Positions 57,520 through 64,000 of a stretch of DNA of 64,000 nt are shown one piece after another; position 1 is the first letter of the stretch, and every line of letters begins with the position of its first letter. The stretch lies in the NCBI GenBank assembly GCA_951406725.2, contig OX597832.1:10726001-10790000 (forward strand), read 5' to 3'. A program made the translations under genes and the position numbers. This stretch comes from Octopus vulgaris (Eukaryota). The notes under the pieces are model-generated. The model was not told the origin of the DNA. It made no database searches and saw only the letters and a program-made list of their open reading frames with translations.

Positions 57520-57643
57520 TAAATATATATTTATATATATATAAGTATATATATGTGTGTGAGTATGTGTGTGTGTATATATATATATATAATTATAAAT
57601 ATATATTTATATATATATAAGTATATATATATGTGTGTGAGTA

Positions 57644-57700
<57 letters not shown>
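57516..57700. repeat. Tandem duplication of a ~75-bp TA/TG unit
   Basis: attataaatatat...taagtata...gtgtgagtatgtgtg occurs twice. Confidence 0.85.
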
Positions 57701-57711
<11 letters not shown>

Positions 57712-58032
57712 TTCTGTACATGTTGATAGACATCTGCTCTTATTGACAATGTTGTCATCTGTTTCCAGTAAAGTAGTTTGGAGAATACTTAGAAGTCACG
57801 TCGTTTATTGTGATATACAGAGCTTTAGATCTCTGCAATATGATTAGTTCAGTATAAGTATCCAATGACACCTAGAACATTCCGTTAGGATTATCAAACA
57901 ATGACAATGCTGAAACGTACGTAAGAACAAATATAATATTTCTTGTTTATCATATTTTCAATCTGTTTCAATTTCACGCACTGACACATACACCCCCACT
58001 CACACACACTTATATATGTGCACACACACATA

Positions 58033-58079
<47 letters not shown>

Positions 58080-58361
58080 AAGCACATAAATGCCAAAGAA
58101 GGTTGAAAAAATACTACTGCAATACCGGATGTAGAGTAATATGTTTTATTAACTCTCTGACGAACGGGAACATGAAACTCTCAGCAAATGCTGTTCGCAT
58201 GTTGTTTTTTTTTTTTTTTTGGCTTTACATATGCGTGTCTGTGTATAGCATGGAAATAAAATAAAACAATTTACACTATATATTACATCAAGGTTTGCAT
58301 AATTTGAAGAAAACTGAGGTTTTGCGAAAATATACTGTAACATTGTGTGTATGTGTTTGCG

Positions 58362-58701
58362 ATTAAAGACCCCCTTCGGTCATGAATGACCATGGCATTG
58401 CACCTAGAAAGTTACCCTCCTAGACACAAGTCCGGGCAAGGTTTTTTTTATGGAAGACCAGCAGTCGCCTATGCATACCGGTCTCCCCTCTCCACGCCAC
58501 CAGTGTTATCCAAGGGAAAGACAAAGGTCGATACAGCTTGGCACCAGTGACGTCGCAACTCATTCCTACAGTTGAGTGAACTGGAGCAACGTGAAATAAA
58601 GTGCCTTGCTCAAGAACACAACACGCAGCCCGGTCCGGGATTCGAGCTCACAACCTCACGATCGTAAGCTCGACGCTCTAACCACTGAGCCATGCGCTTT
58701 C
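58362..58701 (-). mobile_element. Full-length CORE-like tRNA-SINE with TSD
   Basis: A-box tggctcagtgg, B-box agctcgaatcc, CORE-like tgtgttcttgagcaaggcacttt...ctgta. TSD atgtgtttgcg at 58351-58361 and 58702-58712. Confidence 0.93.
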
Positions 58702-58711
58702 ATGTGTTTGC

Positions 58712-58990
<279 letters not shown>

Positions 58991-59035
58991 ATTTGAGCTG
59001 GTGGTGCTCAAGAGATCATATATATATATACATAC

Positions 59036-59250
59036 TTCTTATTTCTTTATTGCCCATAAGGGTCTATACACAGGGGGGGGGGACAAACAAGGAGAGGCAA
59101 AGAGATTAAGCCGATTACATCGACCCCCAGTACATAACTGGTACTTAATTTATCGACCTCGAAACGATAAAAGGCAAAGTCGACGTAACGGCAGACGGAA
59201 TACCGCTAAACATTTCGCCCGGAGTGCTAACGTTTCTGCCTGCTCGTCTT
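59036..59250 (-). mobile_element. SINE copy with internal deletion (family of 29277-29695)
   Basis: ttcttatttctttattgccca...gattacatcgacccc...aaaggcaaagtcgac...gctaacgtttctgcc. Confidence 0.88.
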
Positions 59251-59786
59251 ATATACATATATAAATATATATATATTTCTATAGACACACACATATACAC
59301 ATGCGCGCGCACAAGTGCACACACACATAATTTTTGGATATGTATAGATCTGCGTAGATATGTGTTTGCGTAGGTGTATGAATAACGAAATATGAGAATA
59401 TCTCTTTTTTATACTTTAATTACGTAGTAAAATGAAGCTAAAATTTGTATCGCTTTCATATACTCGCAAAATCGAGAGCAGAGGAAAATCAAGCAGAGTG
59501 TCTCTCAGGCATTATTGGTTTACTGTTATATTATATTTTTCTCATTTTTTTGTACAAAATATACTTTTATATACTAAAATACATGTTTGCATACGATTTT
59601 TGTATACTGCTTTATATGCTTCCATATAATTGATTTATAAAGTAATGTATATCAACTATCGACAAGGTGTGACAAGCAGTTGTCAAAACTGTAAATGCTA
59701 TCAGTGCTCGAAGAACTGTACATTATACTAAGCCGTCAGCATTGTCCTTTGTATAATGTTAGTTTTGAGACCCCGATGACATATTG

Positions 59787-59828
<42 letters not shown>

Positions 59829-59837
59829 GATGATGTT

Positions 59838-60376
59838 GATGCAGTTCCAGGCAATGGCTCTCGCAGCTTCTCATCTTAACTGATTGGAAGTATTGTCATG
59901 TATATTGTTTTGTCTAGGTATAAAAGATGGGGTACAGCAAATATTCTGCTCAAAACCACATATTTGCCTGTCAGTTGTTTGACCATAACCAGTTGAGCAT
60001 GTCCCTTAATCGCTGATGATGCATATCTTATCAACAGCAGAGTTAGTGGTTGAGCATCATAACAAATGTGTTAAGAGAAATTCTTTGGGGTTTTGATAGT
60101 TCACCTTTGGAAATATGAGTGTTCAACATCCTTTAACAAGCCTTATTCAAGGACCATTTGAGCGGAATGGGTTACTCGACAGGAAGAAAATTCTTACTCG
60201 GCCCCAACTGCATGGTCATGCGCTTTCTATCTTCATATGACATCACTATGTCTCGCCCATATGGTTGTGATGTTCGTGCCTAGTATACCCTTAATTGATG
60301 GGTATTAATGATGAGTATACTGGGCTTCATATATTTTATCCCAGTGCCACTTTGATAGCATGCACTGCTCCCTCCA
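59838..60376. mobile_element. ~540-bp non-coding element flanked by triplet microsatellites, copy 1
   Basis: Homologous along its length to 60431-60895; flanked by (TAC)n(TGA)n and (AAT)n(AAC)n(TAC)n. Confidence 0.8.
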
Positions 60377-60430
60377 ATAATAATAACAACAACAACAACA
60401 ACAACTACTACTACTACTACTACTACTACT

Positions 60431-60895
60431 AGGCAGTGGATCTCGTGTACTTTGATCTTAGTTGATTCGAAGTGTTATCGCGTACTGTTTTGTCATGGTA
60501 TAAAAGATGGGCTACGGAAAATATTCTGCTGAATTCTAGAGATTAGCTTGTCAGTGGCTTGATCTTAACAATTTGAGCAAGTTAATTAGTAGCTGATGGT
60601 GTGTGCATTTCTGATCACGAGCAGAATTAAGAGAGGAGGATCATAGCCATGTATTCAGAAGAATTCTTTGGGATTTCAATAATTCACCTCTGGAAACACG
60701 CGTATTTCATTCATCACTGTAAAACAACCTATATTTAGGGGCCTTTTGAGCGGGATGGGCTATTCCATGTCGCACATATGGTTGTGATGCATGTTCTTGA
60801 TGTACCCTTATCAGTCGGGTAGTAATGGTTGGTATATTGGGCTTCATTTATTTATACCCCTATATCACTTTGATAGCATTCGCTGCTCTCTCATT
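60431..60895. mobile_element. Same element, copy 2 (internal deletion)
   Basis: Shared blocks ggtataaaagatggg, aatattctgct, aattctttggg, ttttgagcgg, catatggttgtgatg and cactttgatagcat. Confidence 0.8.
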
Positions 60896-60904
60896 CGTTA
60901 AAAA

Positions 60905-61082
60905 TACAGGTTTTTACATTTTGGCACAAGCCTAGCCATTACGGGAGACAGGCTACGTTGATTACATCGACCCCAGTGTTCAACTGGTACTTATTTTATC
61001 AATTACTAAAACGAAGACGAAGTCGGCCTCGGCAGTATTTGAATTCAGAACGCAAACATGACCGCTAAGCATTTTGGTCGGT
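60905..61082 (-). mobile_element. Older SINE copy (family of 29277-29695)
   Basis: gattacatcgaccccagtgttcaactggtacttattttatc...cctcggcag...accgctaagcatttt. Confidence 0.82.
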
Positions 61083-62448
61083 CCTTATAACTGTTATTTC
61101 TTTCAGTTCCTTTAGTGCGCACCAAATGTTAGATTCTAAAATGTTTTTTATGACATCGTATCTAATCATAAATTTTATGTTCAGTTTTAAAGGTTAGATC
61201 CTATAAAATCCTGTAATTATTAAACTCAATCACAGCTTCTGATTCCTGTTCACATAATTTACCTCCTAACTGTATTCACTCAGTGTTAAAAATGTACTGA
61301 AATATCTCCACAGGGAGACCTGAACTTATTATATTCTTGTGCTAGCTTACTGCATTCACTCAATAGACGGTTGATACTGTCGATTCTATTGCTACATATT
61401 CTGTGTTTGCAAACTTCATTGATTTTATCAATTATTGCCTTTAAGAAATCCTTTCCAATGGTTCGTTTCTGTGCGGTTCTAACGAATAGGTTTTACTGTT
61501 CAGGTTTCCGTATTCCAGACAGAACAAACTATCTTTACTTCCAAAATATTCGGTCTTTTCATGAACATTCCATGTTCTTGAATTCAGCTACCGCATCATT
61601 ATTCTTCTCCTTGTTGCTGATGATGATGTTGCTGGTACTGTTGTTGTTGTTTTTTGTTATTTGTTGTTGTTGTTGTTGTTATCTGTGCATATATAAAATC
61701 TGTATTTATTATAAGGGATACTGAAGTTCAGAACCATATTATTGATTAACGAGCAAAATGGCAACACTTTTTCATACTCTCATATTCACTTTTATGAAGG
61801 ATTTAAGGAGTTCTTTTTTCACATTACATTCGTGAAGAAATCTCAATAAATAATCTGATAGGAATAACATTATTCCTCTAGCAAAGAGTAAAACACACCC
61901 AACGATGAACATATTTCCTCCTAAGCAGTAACACTTGAAACAAAACAAAAAAGTATATCGCTAAAACCAGTTCACACAGTATCATAAAAATGGTTTATTT
62001 CATGTGAATAAGACGATAAAATATATCTTAGTGAGTTGCATAATATTAGCATGCTGAGTATCGCCTAGTTATCGAGTTACATTTTTTCTTTACTTTCTTC
62101 ATATGTTCCATAATAAATAAAATGGTTTGAAGCTTTTGAAGCAAATTATTATAGATTGCTATTCATGTATATAGCCCCAGTTCTTATGCAGTAGATTGTT
62201 AATATTATCTACGAATTATTGGCCATATATTTTGACATTTCACGTTACCTCGTTTCTTGTTGCCCAAATACAGGATATATTTTGACAAAAATTGCTATTA
62301 CTAGAGGTTCATTCGGTTTCTATAAGTTACAGATTTAGCTATATTCATTTAAATAGTATGTGGTAGAATGAAACGTGTGAACAACACAATTTTTTTTCGT
62401 ATTTTTACTGATATATTTTATTTCTGATTTTCTGTTTTTTTAGGTAGG

Positions 62449-62504
<56 letters not shown>

Positions 62505-63087
62505 CTCCATCCGTAATATACATATATATAGTAAATGCAGTTACAATAAAAAAAGGAATCAGTAACAGTTCCATATATATTGATCAAATACTGCGTGTAT
62601 TTATGAGGAATATGCTGTCACAGAGACGTGTCTCGAAATAATTTACTGTCCACCAATCAGTAGCTAGACACTTAACCACATACATGTCCTATCGTTATAA
62701 AAACTGTTACCTAACCTGCCGATGGGACAATTACATGTGTGATTAAAACCTGCAAGACTGAGTAAATATTTAAATGTCTACGTTCAAGAAGGAAAGCGAA
62801 TTTCTATGAGGATATAGCATTACTATAATGGCGTCTCATATAAAGCAATAATTTATCTGATATACTGCACTATTTATCTGTGCGCATGACTTATGTAACG
62901 AAAGATGAAAGAGATTCCTCGGCATACATAGTTGAATTTGCTCAAAAAACTCACCGGATATAATTATAGTAAGAGAAGAGAGAGTTGAATATCGATGCCA
63001 TGTGTATCGTATCTTGTGCAACCTGACAACTTCATACGCTATACGGCAATTGCGTATGTATATATATATATATAAGCATGCATACAT

Positions 63088-63120
<33 letters not shown>

Positions 63121-64000
63121 CATTTATATGTGCGTATATATATGTATGCATATATATAAATATGTATATATATATATATATATATACGAATGTGCGTATG
63201 TGTGTAGATTGAGTATGTGTAATTATGTTATGTAAATGTATGCATACACGCACACTCATGCATACACACACATATATATATATTTGTGTATGTTGAGATA
63301 TTGATTTTTCTCCGCCATTCTATCGTGTTTGCTCAATAGAATCTAGAAATGTCAATATCTGCTGTGCTACTTACTTCATTCATCCAATATCAGATAGTTG
63401 TTATATTGGTGTTCTTGGTGGCCATTTTAAATGGATGGCTATATGTTCTGTTGGCAGGCTATTGTGTTGAGTGATTGAATATATAACATGTTGTTGTTTT
63501 TTTACTTTCTATTTACAATAATTGTATTTTTTTATGGTAAGGACGAAACACGAACGGATCCATAAAATATTTGTCTATCGACTGAAAGCTTACTAATTCC
63601 TTTTTCATTACACAAGAGTCCTGCTTTACATTCATCATAACATCTGCCGAATAGACTACACGTTTAAATAGTATATATGCATTCATTGCTCGGCTGGTTT
63701 CGTATCACACATTTTTGCCCTAACACGAACAAGTATTTTTATCCTGTCTGAACTTGGCTGTGATTAATGAATATATTAACATCTATTATAAAATAAGATT
63801 TCTTGAATATATTGAGATTAATCAAATTCAGCGTATTGATTTAATTTAGTTGATTCCTTAAATGGTAGATAAAAATGAGCAAAAGGTAAACGTAGACAAG
63901 TGTAAGTTTGAAATGTGGTCAACTTCAATATGTAATAAACCCATAATATAGTGATGGAAACTACAAATAAGTAAGGAATATTAATCGCTATTCTGATGGA

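Noticed and set aside
58625-58701. tRNA-like sequence with A and B boxes (also near 47560-47633 and 33600-33677)
   Set aside because: It continues into SINE body and tail with a TSD, so it is a SINE head rather than a tRNA gene.
62614-62646. gagac/gtctc hairpin followed by GAAA, hammerhead-like
   Set aside because: Upstream ctgtcaca does not fit CUGANGA and stems I and III are unsupported.

Overview
AT-rich, microsatellite-dense eukaryotic non-coding DNA; the SINE families resemble, from recall, those of octopus/cephalopod genomes. No complete protein-coding gene, true tRNA/rRNA or CRISPR array is supported, and nearly all long ORFs in the track are (TA)n/(CA)n artefacts. The window contains decayed LINE remnants (R4/Dong-like 5' part, two RTE-type pieces, a probable L1/Tx1 ORF1 piece), a Helitron Rep fragment, a foldback MITE, about 25 tRNA-derived SINE copies, a 2.9-kb degenerate (TA)n array and a few minus-strand exon-like segments that may belong to one large gene. 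The most interesting signal is a set of ribozyme-like motifs in short non-autonomous retroelements. Several Penelope-type minimal hammerhead motifs sit next to (TA)n tracts, one element joins a tRNA-like head to a hammerhead tail, and an incomplete HDV-like fold lies 5' of the R4/Dong ORF. Also notable are a twin-priming-like inverted RTE and combinatorial body/tail shuffling among the SINEs. All calls were made by eye and boundaries are approximate.
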